Origin: Marsupella aquatica
Taxonomy: Eukaryota; Plantae; Marchantiophyta
DNA: 64,000 nt
Assembly (NCBI GenBank): GCA_973895155.1
Contig: OZ316893.1
Location: forward strand, 21,560,955-21,624,954
Direction of reading: 5' to 3'
Position numbers and translations under genes: made by a program. How positions within the stretch are numbered: position 1 is the stretch's first letter; each line of letters begins with the position of its first letter. Shown piece after piece: positions 11,939-24,232 of the stretch. Below the pieces are notes generated by a model. It was not told the origin of the DNA, searched no databases, and saw only the letters and a program-made list of their open reading frames with translations.

Positions 11939-14900
11939 TCAACTACATGCTGCTTCTAGCTCCTCTGTCTGTTGCAGTGAATCATCTGAAAAAGTTATTG
12001 TTTTTGGCAAAGACTCCAAGTGAACCGGCCTTTCTGGCAAAGGCCCCATCTGGTAAAGAAACGGATCTGGAAGATTCTGTGGAGGTGGGGGAGCAGCGTC
12101 GAGAACGAAATCAGGAAGAACTTTCAAAGTCTCGTCCAAGATGCTTCTAACAGTCTGCACAACATTTCACCTCGGGTATCAATTGGAAAGCCAAAAACTA
12201 GTCCATTTGTAGAGAACAAGATGAGAAGATAATATAACAGAAAGCCTGGACAACTGGGACCAACAAGCAGAGGGCCCAACTCAAAAAGATGACAAAATGA
12301 TCTTAGATTCTTTCATCACGTAAGGCTTGGTTTTACTTTAAAGAGCGGATAGAAGCAGGTAGATGATCTCCTACAGAATCAAGATGCTGCTTCTCTTTAC
12401 TCGAACATCAATATCTACAATCAAGAAGGTGTGTGACGAACTTTAAGCTAAGGTGGTTCGAGCTGAAAAAGGGATAGGGGTAAGGCTTTTTTTTTATGGA
12501 GCAAGCTTACCATCAATTTTTTTATAGTAAGTGCATCATCAACTGCTCGTCGCCATGTGCTAGCCCCTTGCTCTGCATAAAACAGGTGAAGAAGTGGCTG
12601 CAATGCAACAGGTAGCCACCATATTAATATGACTTAAAACAATCTGGTGACGTTTCGTCAATAACAAATACTTCCAAAGTCTCAATGAGATGCAAGATAA
12701 TAACTGTAATGTGCGCTAGGCAGTTTTCCTTTGATGTAATTTGAATTTGTCTTCCTCATGAAAGAGACAATGATGATCCAGGGGTGTGATATCAAAAACC
12801 AGATTGTCGAGAGCCTTGAGTATCCAAGAAGAGAAGGACAGGCACCTTCATAAGCGTTCTAATGTTGGGCCTCTTTGGACCATATTTGCTGATACGGGCA
12901 TCAGCGTACACAGCATATTTTTCAACAATCTGCAACATCAAAAGATTCTTAGAAAACGTTCCTTGACATCCTTAGCATATCTGTCAGCATTAGAATAGTC
13001 CACCTTTCAGGTAAACAAAACCAAGTGAAGTTTTACAAACTAGAGAATCATTTTGCCGAGTCAGAAGCAAGCTTCTTACAAACCTGGCGACGGGTGAGGC
13101 CTGGATCTTTTTCTCCATAAATGACACTGTCAATGCTCCCCAACGTAGTCCATGAACTGCACCCAAGATTGAAATCAGCAAAAGAACACAACCGTGACAT
13201 TTTGAACGAGAACGAGACAGAGCTTCTCCTGACTATTCCATAGCTATCAATACTTGAGGAGATACGTAAAAGGGACTGGAATTATTTTCGCAAGGCCATT
13301 CACAGAAGAGATCCAAACCTATTGTACGCAGCTCGGCCAATCATGACTCCATATGCGCCCATTTGCAACGCATTTTGAGCCTGTGGATTGGTCAAAAGTG
13401 GTCGCGTCTCAGTCAAAACACAACTTCAATATTGAGACTAACATCGGACCTTTCCAATATCATCGGATAAAACAGCTCTGTTTAGCACAATAAACTATCT
13501 TCCACCTTACGAAAGGAAGTCATAGCCTTTCAAGACTGAGTACGGATCTATAGAATTGAGAATGTGTAAAGTTTGTTTCATACTATAGTAAAACAAGAAC
13601 ACTGTCGCGATTCGAGAATATCCCAGGTACAGCAGATTTTCTGAGCTGCCAGGCACGTGTTTACAACAGGGAAAGTTACCTCACCTGTGGAAGAGTAGTG
13701 ACACCGCCATTTAGAGTGAACTTCAGTTCTGGAAAATCACGAATCAGCGCGTACACATACTCATATCTGTAAAGAAGAGAGGCAGCGACTATCACTTTTT
13801 TAAGTATGACATGATAACAGAAAACACATTTTGCAATAGACAAATGGATTGTCAGCGTCTGGAAATCATTTACGGAGTCAAATCTTACTTCAGTGGAGGA
13901 ATGTTGCGGTTTTCTGAAGGGCTCAAACCCTTCAAAATAGCCTTGCGGGCATGAATTATAAAATGCTTAGTTGGTGACATTGATGCCACTGTCGATACAA
14001 ATGTGTCTGACATCGGCAGGAAAAGATACTGGTAGTCAGAGGTGAAAAACTCTAGAGGTGGAGAAAGAGCTTTCACAGTAAGTGATTACTACACTTCTGT
14101 TGATATTCATGTGTTTCTGGTCAGGTCGAACTAGCTCGAGGGGAAGGAACTCACAAAGTAGTTCATAAGAGTCAAAATCATCTACCCCGATCCTGCATTT
14201 CACTGTCACAGGAACAGTGCAGCTGTCTGCAATTGCTGCCATGGCTTGCCCCACAAGCTGCCACCTCCAAAAGTACGAATCTTTCATAAGAACTTACCAA
14301 TCTATTACACCTAGCCAAACCTGCGAAAATGAATCTACTTCTTGCGTAATCGACGACCAGCAATCAATGCCATAAGTGCGAAAACAAGTCAGATAACCTA
14401 ATCTCATAGTAGATGACCTATTTGTCATACTAGTGAGTGCTGCACGATCTGCCGGCATATCAAAGAATCTCAAATTTGGTGCCTCTACTTGATGACTAAC
14501 AAAATCAATATCATTTGGGCGACGAACCTACACAAAAACTGGAGATGAATACCACTGAAATAGTCGATTTCCACTATAGTTTACACAACAAGGCTATTTC
14601 CATCACCACAAAGTAGATTCCTTTTTTTTTTCACTGAACCCATCTCTTCAACCAGCATGAATAGAAGCATACCACAGGATTGAGCATGAGGCTTGCTCCA
14701 AAACAACCCCGGTCCACTACTTTTTCGCTGGGGCACCCACAACTGCAAAGTTCAACCCCCAGCAAGTTAGCAAGAGTCTTCCGTGGTTTCCCATGTTCTT
14801 GGTTCTAGGAAAAATTCGTTTTTCTAGGGTTTAGAAACTGCCTCTTTATTAACAAAAGGAACGAGAAGAATGAAATCTCGCAGTAATGACACAACGCAAC

Positions 14901-16319
14901 TATAGGCAACCTGGTGGGGAACGCACTTGAGATTTATTTCGTCATAGCCATATGGACTTGCAAGCTGGGCTGCTTTGGCAAGATTCATCGGATCATTTCC
15001 ACCAATTTGCAAGACTATTGGGTGCTGAAACTCGTCGAAATCCAGAAATCTTCCCTGTTACGAACACAAGGACACAATCGGATTAAAATTTTCGAAAATT
15101 CACAACACGGGCAACTCTGAATTACTTTAGAGTTCCTTTTGTGGTAGCCAGACCTTTATGTGTTATTACATGAGTCCAGCTGCCGAATGGCTTGCATAAG
15201 AGTTTCGACAAGATATTTACCAGGTTGTCCGCCTGGTGCACAATGGTTTCGGCGACAACCATCTCCGTGTACAGCCATGAACAGCGAGTCATCAAGCGCG
15301 CCAGGGTGCGGAAATAGTTGTCCGTCCAATCCATCATCGGAGCAATACTGTACTGCACGTTCAGCCTCATTAGCCCACTCACTTCACTTCCATAACTTGT
15401 ATGTGAGGCGTAGACCAGATGCTAAAGATTTCACACTGTTCGCAGTCCTGTCTTGACTGACAGCCTATAGACTCCAAAGAACTCATGTTGTCGGACATAA
15501 TTTCAGCAATACAGAACCCAAACTGAGGCTGATTATTTGCATATTATTCCATAATTCCCTCGACTCTAGGCAAGTAAGGATAATGAGTTTGGAAGATAAT
15601 GAGTCACAGAAGACAAGTTATATCGATAAGAATGAGAGTCCCGGATAGAAATTCGCATCGTTAAACACATGGGAACAGGTTAGGTAAAGAAAGAGCAGAA
15701 TGTTGTGGTTGTTGACAGTTCAGATCTCTTCATCTCATCTCACACTTAATTTGGGATATACGTGATAATTCTCTAACCCCATGTGCAACCACACTGCTAA
15801 GAACAGAAAGAAAGGAAAACAAACTTACAAGGCGGTCTCTTCAATCAAACTCAATTGCACCATCAAAAAAGGAAGAATGGCCAGCATTCATGCATCGAAA
15901 TCACATTCAGACAGAACCTCATCTTACACACCTCAGCTGAGAAGGACAGTAGACCAGAAAGTCAACTTACTGAGCTATGGCTCCATTCAGACTCAATTGC
16001 ATGATAGGAATCAAAGTGAAACCCTCTTTCTCACGGACCTGAGCTGAGGAGGATGGTAGACGCCAGAGAAAGGGGGCATGATGGGAGAAGTAGGGGAAAC
16101 AGCTGCTGCTGCTGCATCACTCATCACACCGGCAGGGGGAGAGCAGCTTCGCCTGTCCCCACCGGCAGGCAGCCTGCGAGAATTCTTCTGGTAGCTCCAT
16201 GGCTTGTCCTGAGCCATGGAGCCAACCCACGGTTGGAGAGTGCTCGGCGAACCAGCACTACAACGCGCAGCAGCAGCGGCGGGGCACATCATCCGCACCC
16301 ACTTCGTCAAACTCTGCAT
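11939..16319 (-). CDS. tRNA-dihydrouridine synthase, DusA-like, with organellar transit peptide; about 11 exons (first 16319-16039, second 15347-15221, third 15054-14927, last 12154-11939)
   Basis: Spliced motifs SIAPMMDWTDNYFRTLARL, LYTEMVVAE, LQIGG, YDEINLNCGCPS, GCFGASLM, PVTVKCRIGVDD, HFIIHARKA, ENRNIPPLKY, FTLNGG, GVMIGRAAY, with GT-AG boundaries. Confidence 0.92.
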
Positions 16320-16919
16320 GAACCGAGCAAATTCCTCACGGCAATCTCCTCTGCTCTCCTCTACTTCAAATTCTTCCCTGCAGTCAGGAATTCACTCAAA
16401 GGATTGTTGGAGCTCAACTTTATATCGGAACTTGTGCAAATCCACTGAGTGCGAGAAACGCCAGCCTGCGGCTATGGATGAAATTCAGGAGTCAGCTGCT
16501 GTCCAACCGAACGGAACGAGATTGAACGCAGAATCTCTTCCGGACATGTCGTTTGCTCAGATATGAAATTTCTGTTCAGACTTCCTTTTGGGACAAACCC
16601 ATTCCAAATTAGGGTTGATTTTCATAGGTTTTCCAACTCGTCCTGTGGTTCTCTTCGAGCGTTCATTTCTGTAGTGTCAAACCGCTAAATCCAGATTTTC
16701 TCCCCTAAACCTCTCATCCAATCAGCTTGTCGCTAAGGTCATTGGATGAGAAATCCCTGTGGTGGGGATTGGTCTTTTTTTTATAATAATTCAAGGAGAT
16801 AAACAAGGTGGCAAGTACGGTCATTTTGAAGGTTTTTCCTTTAAAAGAGCCCCCAATTTCACCCCTGACATTTCCAGGATTAAACACCCTACAAACTTTA
16901 ATTAATTACTTGTATTCTT

Positions 16920-16984
16920 ATTTTATTTTAGTTTTATTTTATTTTATTTTATTTATTTATTGGGGGGGGGGGGGGGGGGGGGGG
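16920..16984. repeat. (TTTTA)n tract followed by a G23 homopolymer
   Basis: Read directly: G run at 16962-16984 after TTTTA/TTTA repeats. Confidence 0.9.
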
Positions 16985-17903
16985 ATGTTCAAAAACTGAC
17001 TTTAAATCCCACATATTTCCTTACAAGTCTCAAATTTGAACTTGAAAGATATTCATTTTCTTTCAAGCAAATTTCTAATTTTTCTTTGAAATGAATTTTC
17101 AAAAACACTATTCTTGATGGGCCAGAAGACTAATGCCAAGAAATAGAAATAAAAGCTCCCATAGACCACAATGATTCATAAAATACTTTGATGAATGGTT
17201 ACAAACCAGCCTCTACCATTCTGAAGACCTGAAGTGTTACTTTGTAGTTAGATAACACGGCTCCCATTTTGTCTTTTGGGGTGTCAAAAGTTCTTGGTCC
17301 ATCAACATCCTAAGGTGAAAGATTATGGTTCATCTTAACATCAACTTCTATCTAAAGATATATTGAACAAGAGTAAAACACGTTAATATTGCTGTGAGGG
17401 TGTATGAGCCCCTTGTGGGCTACCCTACATGCTCTGGAGTTGATGGTCTATCTCCTGTTGGATGGATCTTTCGGTTTCAGGGCTAAAAAAAAGAAGCAAA
17501 ACAAGAATTTAAAACTGTGTAAACCATATATAAATGTATGCCAATTACATGTAAAGCCTGAGTAAAGCCGTCGGTAGGTACAGTGCTTTTTGCAACGAGG
17601 GTCGAGAGTCGACAGCATCACAAAACAGCAACGCCTTGGAAAAAAGTGGAGGAAAGGAAAGGCATTTCTGTTCGGTTGCGCACATTTTCTGCTGGCAGGA
17701 CTGTCGATCTCTTTCGCCATCGAACGGGAGAGGAATTGGTTCTCTTTTTGGTCGGGTCGACTCTAAAGATCAGAGCAGAGCAGGGCATCTAAAGGTCTCT
17801 TCCCCGGACTTTTCTAGGCATCAGGAGCACTGCGGATCTTCGTCAAGCAAAGGTTTTGGCCTGAGAGAGGCGAGGAGAGGAGGGCCCATAGTCTCTAATC
17901 ACC

Positions 17904-18604
17904 ATGGCGGACGATGCGGAAGATCCTGTCGATAACAAGCCCGAAATCGAGGAGAACTGCAAGCCCAAGTGCGTGAAACAGCTCCTACAGTATCAGGCTT
18001 GTGTCAAGCGAGTCGAGGAGGATGACTCTGGCCACAAGCATTGTACTGGCCAATACTTCGACTACTGGGGTTGCATAGACAAATGTGTAAGCCCACTCCT
18101 CTCTCCTTCCTCTTGTGCCTTTTCCCTGCCTTGCCCTGTCTTATCCTACCTGCTTGCTGTTTTGCATCGAATCCGGTGTAGCTTGTGGCTGGCTGGCTGG
18201 TTAGGGAGTAGTACTCCTCACGGTTTAGGTCAAGGGAAGTCTGGATGTGAGAATTGTTGCATGCACAATGCGTAAGGTCGGCTCCTTCCACGCCCTACAC
18301 CTACCTGCTTGCTGTTCTATCACATGTTGAATCTCGCTGTGTTTCGAGTAACACTACTCAAATCGGGTATTAGGTCAAGGATCGGTAAGAGTCCTAAATT
18401 ATCGTATTCAGCCTTCTAACTGGTGCAGTAACGGTAGAGTGAATCGGCAGTGTTAAAGGATGTGAATTGGAAGTAGGCGTTTGTCTTTACCTGACGCTGC
18501 TGAGTTTGGTTTACATTGGGATATATGTCTGACTTTGTGCACCTATTTACCACTGCGTTGTTCTTCGACAGGCTGCGCCGAAGATTTTTAATAAATTGAA
18601 GTAA
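17904..18604 (+). CDS. QCR6: Cytochrome bc1 complex hinge subunit (UQCRH/QCR6); exons 17904-18086, 18572-18604
   Basis: MADDAEDPVDNKPEIEENCKPKCVKQLLQYQACVKRVEEDDSGHKHCTGQYFDYWGCIDKC|AAPKIFNKLK*, with the hinge-protein Cys pattern and a GT-AG intron. Confidence 0.95.
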
Positions 18605-20842
18605 CCTTTCGCTGTTAGATTCGCCCATGGACCAGACTCAAGGACGGTCAAACCTTCCAAGGGTTGCCTGTTGTTGCAATCATCTGTTGTTGACCTTGAG
18701 TCGATAATTGTCTTCATTATTTCTTCTCGGTATATTTCTGCTTTTCCAGATTTTTCGTGCCTAGATGTTTCGTCTAGCTCTTGCGCGCGGTGAGGTATTG
18801 GGCAAAGTACACCCCTGTTGGTTGTGGTCAGAGGAGTCAGCCGAATCGGATATTGTGAAAGGTTAGAAGTCTAAAGAGAAGTAGTTCTGCATCGGGATTT
18901 CTTTTGGACAAAAGTGAATCTTGAAGCTCGGTCTGTCTCTCTTTGTTTACTGCAGAACTGCAGTATTAATCCAATAAGACAGCATTTAAAGGGCTTGTCG
19001 TCCATTGAGGTTTATTTTATTTTATTTTTCCTATAGACGCCTGCTTGTTTGTGCCAGTAAGGAGAGAGATGAAATGGAATGCCACTTATTCGCTTCATTC
19101 CGCATCCGAGAAATATATGTTGGTTCCAGATCTAGTGTACATACTGCATGAACGAGGAGATGGCGTGGTTGAGTGTTGGGGAGGAATCTAACTCTCAGTG
19201 GATGGATAGTATTTTCCTGGGCGTCCTCAATTTAATAAGATTTGCAATTGGGATAGGAAGGTCAGTACCCAAAGGTACATTCCGATGTTCAAATTGGCGT
19301 AAGCTGGCTAGTATTACAGACTTCAAGAAGACGGACGATGCGCGCACTGGCACCATGGAACAGAGGGCACTGATCACCCATAACTAGACAGCTTTGACAG
19401 ATACGAGCAATTTTTAATAGGGTCGAGACATTCAGAAAACACATTGGTATACAATACTTTCAATCGTGGCAATTGATCTTTGACTAGGACTGACTAGAAT
19501 GGTAATACCCTACAGTGAGACAGCTAATTGAATGAAGTGTAATTAGCTGTTCTAATGTCTCGAGCCGCTAAATAGGAAAGACATCTCTCTTAACATCCGC
19601 CTTGCACAAGAGTAAGTTCCTCCACAGGCTGCTGTCTCTGTCGTGAAGTAACCGTCGCTCTCAGTAATCCAATTCTGTTCGCGCGGTGGCCCAAGTTTGG
19701 CAGTGATAAGAGGAAAGGCTCTTCTTGGGCAAAGGGCCTAAGGGTATTGACAAACATCTCCAAACTCTTTCCAATTTCGAACGTATCAATGAAAACAATT
19801 GTGAAAAGCAGAAGGATTCAAAAAGTGCAGCCCGAGTGTTGAGTATCTTTTAAGCCCTAAGGTGTAAGAGGTCGCTGTAAGCCACTTCCAGTATATTCCT
19901 CCACAGTGAACATGTCCTTGTTATCTTAACACTTCATCCTTATGTTTGCTCGGTTCAGTGAATTCCTACTATTCTTGACCTTCTTTTAATTCTCATTCCA
20001 GAGTCTTACTGGCGATAAAACTCCAGAATTGAACACCCTTCTACTCGTTCCGTAGATCTACTGTACTCGGCAACAAAATTTCAACTTCCAGCGTTTCGTG
20101 GCACCTACTGTGGGGAATAAATCGAGGCAATGGACACAACAGACGGATGCGAAGGCCACAGCGGATCGTGACCAGCATGAAGTGGGTCGAGACAAACACA
20201 AAACAGGATGATTGATGGTTTAGATCGTTTGGCCACTGATATCCCAAGAAAGCGAGTGAATGAACCCCACCCCCAATAGTGATTGACTAGCAGCTTCACT
20301 TGAGATATAGGGTTCAAATTGTAAATTGCATCGCCCTTAATAGTATATTTATGTGATAGCACTCACTTAAGGTGACAATTCATGACAAAATCACATGAGG
20401 GCATGATGGCAGAAGAGAGGATCCCTCTCAAGACTGGTCATTTTGATAAGCCTACCAAAGTCTATGTGATTGGGAAAATGGGCTGGCTCATAGAGATGAC
20501 TATGAAAGAAGAGCTTTGTTTGCCATCGCCTGCCCCCAGATGTTGCCATCCGTTTGCAGATATTACAGGTATTGGAATATTTGCACATATGACAGTCTTA
20601 GGCGTAATCATTCCTCCCATTTGCTTAAGGGCTAATGAAACGAAATAATTCACAGCTAGCAAGAACTCTTTTGAAAATGAGTCTTTCTCTTCCAAACCCT
20701 TAGGCACAGATAAAACACTTTTTTCATGTACCTTATTTGGCTCTTCGCTTGATTCCAATCTCTATCTTACTTGCTAGACCTGATGATATTTGGTTTGGAC
20801 TCTTGATGAAAACCTTTGGCAAATTTCCAGTGGCCTAAATCA

Positions 20843-21239
20843 GCCAACCAGACCTGGACCAGACTAGAAATAGATAGATATACAGAGATTTTTCATTGAT
20901 ATAAACGAGGCACGATGTGCCCTTCATCAAACAGATTATGGTAATTCCTAGGGATCCCAGACAAATCAGCTCACCAATTCTGATCTTGAGCTCAATTACT
21001 CTCCACCCAAAGGGGCCTTTTTGATCTATAGGTATGGATTGAGGCCAATCAGACCTGGACCAGACTAGAAATAGATAGATGTACAGAGATTGTTCATTGA
21101 TTTATATGAGGCACAATGTGCCCTTCATCAAACAGATTATGGTAATTCCTAGGGATCCCACGCATATCAGCTCACCACTTCTGATCTTGAGCTCAATTAC
21201 TCTCCACCCAAAGGGACCTTTTTTATCTATAGGTGTGGA
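20843..21239. repeat. Tandem direct duplication, 201-bp period, 2 copies
   Basis: AGACCTGGACCAGACTAGAAATAGATAGAT... starts at 20850 and 21051, and near-identity runs to ...ATCTATAGGT(A/G)TGGA. Confidence 0.9.
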
Positions 21240-22157
21240 AGTGGCTAGCTAGGGTGATTAGGGGAGACCTTTATCAGTCCCTGGGTGTAAACACAACCAA
21301 GTTACCTATACTCTAAATGGACACCTAGCGACATGCAGAAGAATATATATATTTTTTATTTTTAAGAGGAAATTTGTGAAGCTTCACAGAAAGGGAATAG
21401 TCAGTCATAACAATTGAACCCAAAACCTATAAGTCTCCACTTAACTACCAGAGCCATGCCTCTCTGGGCATGCACCAGAATATTTTGTGAATGATTCTGG
21501 TAAAGCCCCATGACCAGCATTTACAATTCTTAAGTAGGACTCTAAGTAGGAAGGGTGGTTTTGACATATTTTCTTGTCTGTGGTTAGATGGCTGACTCTG
21601 ATCCCTTCTCAGCCTTAGTTAGGCTATTTGTTGGTCTTCTTGGGCCCGTGTGGTTTTTGATTGTCTGATGCTTGGTTGATGTGTGCATTGGCCGTTTGGG
21701 TCTATTTTCTTTTTGCCCAATTGGTCTTCACCGCCATAATTTTGTTTAATTTCATTGTGTACACCATCCCTATTTAATAAAATTAGATAAAATCAAAACA
21801 AACTCATAAGAAGGGCAGACTCCTAAGAGATTTTTTATTCCTACTGTTTTGAGTAAAGGTAGAGAAGTTTCATAATGCCAAGTTTTTCTCTATAAAGCAC
21901 CAAAAATTAGAAATTGAAAAAGAACGAACGGAGAATCGTACGAGTATCATTTGCAAAGTTCAAAAACGCAGCGAACGACGGCGGCGCGTCCATATCGCAG
22001 TCAATTTACAGGAATCTACGGCCACGATCCCTTATTCACCTCTCGGCCTCCAATCCTAGCCGTCAGATAAGCCGACATTCACATATAGCCCGACGGTCGA
22101 CCTGCTCGAGTCTTCCCGCGAAATTCTGCCTTCGTGGGAATTGAATGTGTGAGCTCA

Positions 22158-22161
<4 letters not shown>

Positions 22162-22196
<35 letters not shown>
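22162..22196. repeat. (AG)17 microsatellite
   Basis: Read directly. Confidence 0.95.
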
Positions 22197-22198
<2 letters not shown>

Positions 22199-22199
22199 C

Positions 22200-23060
22200 G
22201 GATTGCCTTTCTCCTAAATCCTTCCTCCAGTAATTTGGGGAGATGAGAGGAATGGCCTTGCGGCGAGCTTCTTGGTGATCTCTCCTTTCCGCCATATCGT
22301 CTCTTCTAGTGTATATCCTTTCCAAGTTCGAGGAGAAGAGGAGGAGTGGCAAGCTGCCGGTCAATCTGTTTGCCTTCCTGCTGTCCTACTTTTTCCCCTA
22401 TGATTTTTGGGGGATGAGAGGAATGGCGTTGCGACAAGCTGCTAGGTGAATTTTTTTCCTCAGTTGATCTTTCATATCGTTCAAAACCCTAGGAGAAGAG
22501 GAGCTGTGGCAAGTTGCGTTGTGAATCTATTTGCCTTCCTGCTGTCCTAGTTTTTTCTCTCCTAAAATTTGGGCAGATGAGAGGAATGGCGTTGCGGCGA
22601 GCTGCTTGGGAACCTCTTGTTCGCCACATTGTTACTTCTGTCCCTCTCCAAACCCCGAGTAGAAGAGGAGGTGTGGAAATCTGCTTGTGAATCTGTTTGC
22701 CTCCCTCCCGGTTGTGGGCACTCGGCCTCTAGACATTTGAAAATAAGAGGGCGGTAGAAATTTAGGCAATTGCCTGGGATTCCAATTGCTCCTCTTCTTT
22801 CGGAGCATATCCTCCCGAATTCAAAGAGAAGAGGAGGAGAGGAGTTAAGGAAGTGGTTTGGGTGTTGTTGCCTTCCTCCAGTACCGTTGGATTCACTAGT
22901 TCAGAAGTCCGGACAGAGGAAGCAGAGGTGCATGGTATCTACTTTGCTTACCGTCCTGTTATCAGATCATCCCGTTCCAAGTCGGAGGAGAGGAGAGGAG
23001 ACGAGGGGAGAGGTTGCAGCAAGCTGCAAGTAGATTTCTGTGAAGCCAGTTGTCAGATTT
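22200..23060. repeat. Diverged tandem repeat, ~165-170-bp unit, 3 clear and ~2 decayed copies upstream of DNA2
   Basis: GATGAGAGGAATGGC at ~22242, 22413 and 22576. AGAAGAGGAG...GGCAAG(C/T)TGC...AATCT(G/A)TTTGCCT recurs, and weaker versions appear near 22830 and 22990. Confidence 0.7.
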
Positions 23061-24232
23061 TCTTCCTCTGGAAATTCGACGAGAATGGGAGTAGAGAGTA
23101 GAGAGGTGAGGGGAAGTGAGGAGGGAGGGAGGCTGGGAGGGAAGAAGGGGTCTTGAGTGTCTCACCTATTTGCAGATTCTGTTCCTTCTCATTTTGGTTT
23201 CTCGTAGGAATACGATTTAATGTAGATGAGCAGGCATAGCTGTGGAAACTTCTGACGTGTTCCATCTCACATTCTTTGATTCCTTGAGCTTCTCCGACCT
23301 ATCCGGCATTTAAAATCACTTGAGACGTTCAGGAGGAGTCGTGAATCTACGCCAGTCCATCTAGGCGTGTTGAAGATGTCCCGCCTGCATTACTCTCTCG
23401 TCACAAGGTTAGCACATTGGACGTTCCTCCTGTTTTGAAGTGGAGAGGATAGTCTTGTTTGAAGGATGAATTGCTCCCTCAATCTTCTGCATGACAGGCA
23501 TACACATTCTCAGTCCTCTTGGAAGGAATTCATTTTTCTTGAATTTGACACTTTTGACACTCCAATCACTACTTTAAAGGGGATTCCCTTTAAAGTAGTC
23601 TTGTTTGGTCTCTCACCTATGTTCGCTCTTTTGCACCACCGTAAATCTCTCATAAGGGGCTACTGTGTTGTGCTGTCTGAGCTAGGATTGTATCCTCTTT
23701 GGAAACTAGCTGGAGCGGACATCTCTCTCATCCGATTCGTCAAGCCGGCTTGAATCACTGAACTGCGGGAAGGTTCGAACGACTCCATGACGAGTTTTTG
23801 TTATATTTCTCTCTTCCTGTTAAGTAATGTTACAAGCAATTGTCTCTCTACACAAGTCAGTCTGTTGCGTTCTTCCGGACTACTGAATCCAACGATTTTG
23901 GAGGATATTGTAAATGTAGTGAATCATGGCAAAATCACGTAATAATTTCAGAAAATCTAATCCCATTAAATGCCCTTCACGCATTGCATAAGTTCAATTT
24001 GTGCTGAAAAAGGAACAGTGGCGAGCGTCACTATTGGATTCGTGCATGTTTCCGAGCGTCGTTGTTAAACTTTACTTGGGGCGGAATTCCTTGCGTTGCA
24101 TCGTTGACCTGGAATTTCATTTGGATTCAATCCTCTCTTGATGGGTGGGCTTGTTTGAGTAGATGAGAAATAAGGAGAGTCAAGGACCAGTCGACAGCCT
24201 TTAGTATCCACGTTTCAACGAGTGCGAACAAA

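Noticed and set aside
19700-20800. Possible decayed retroelement or gene next to the 201-bp duplication
   Set aside because: No RT, integrase, gag or transposase motif is recognisable in any frame.
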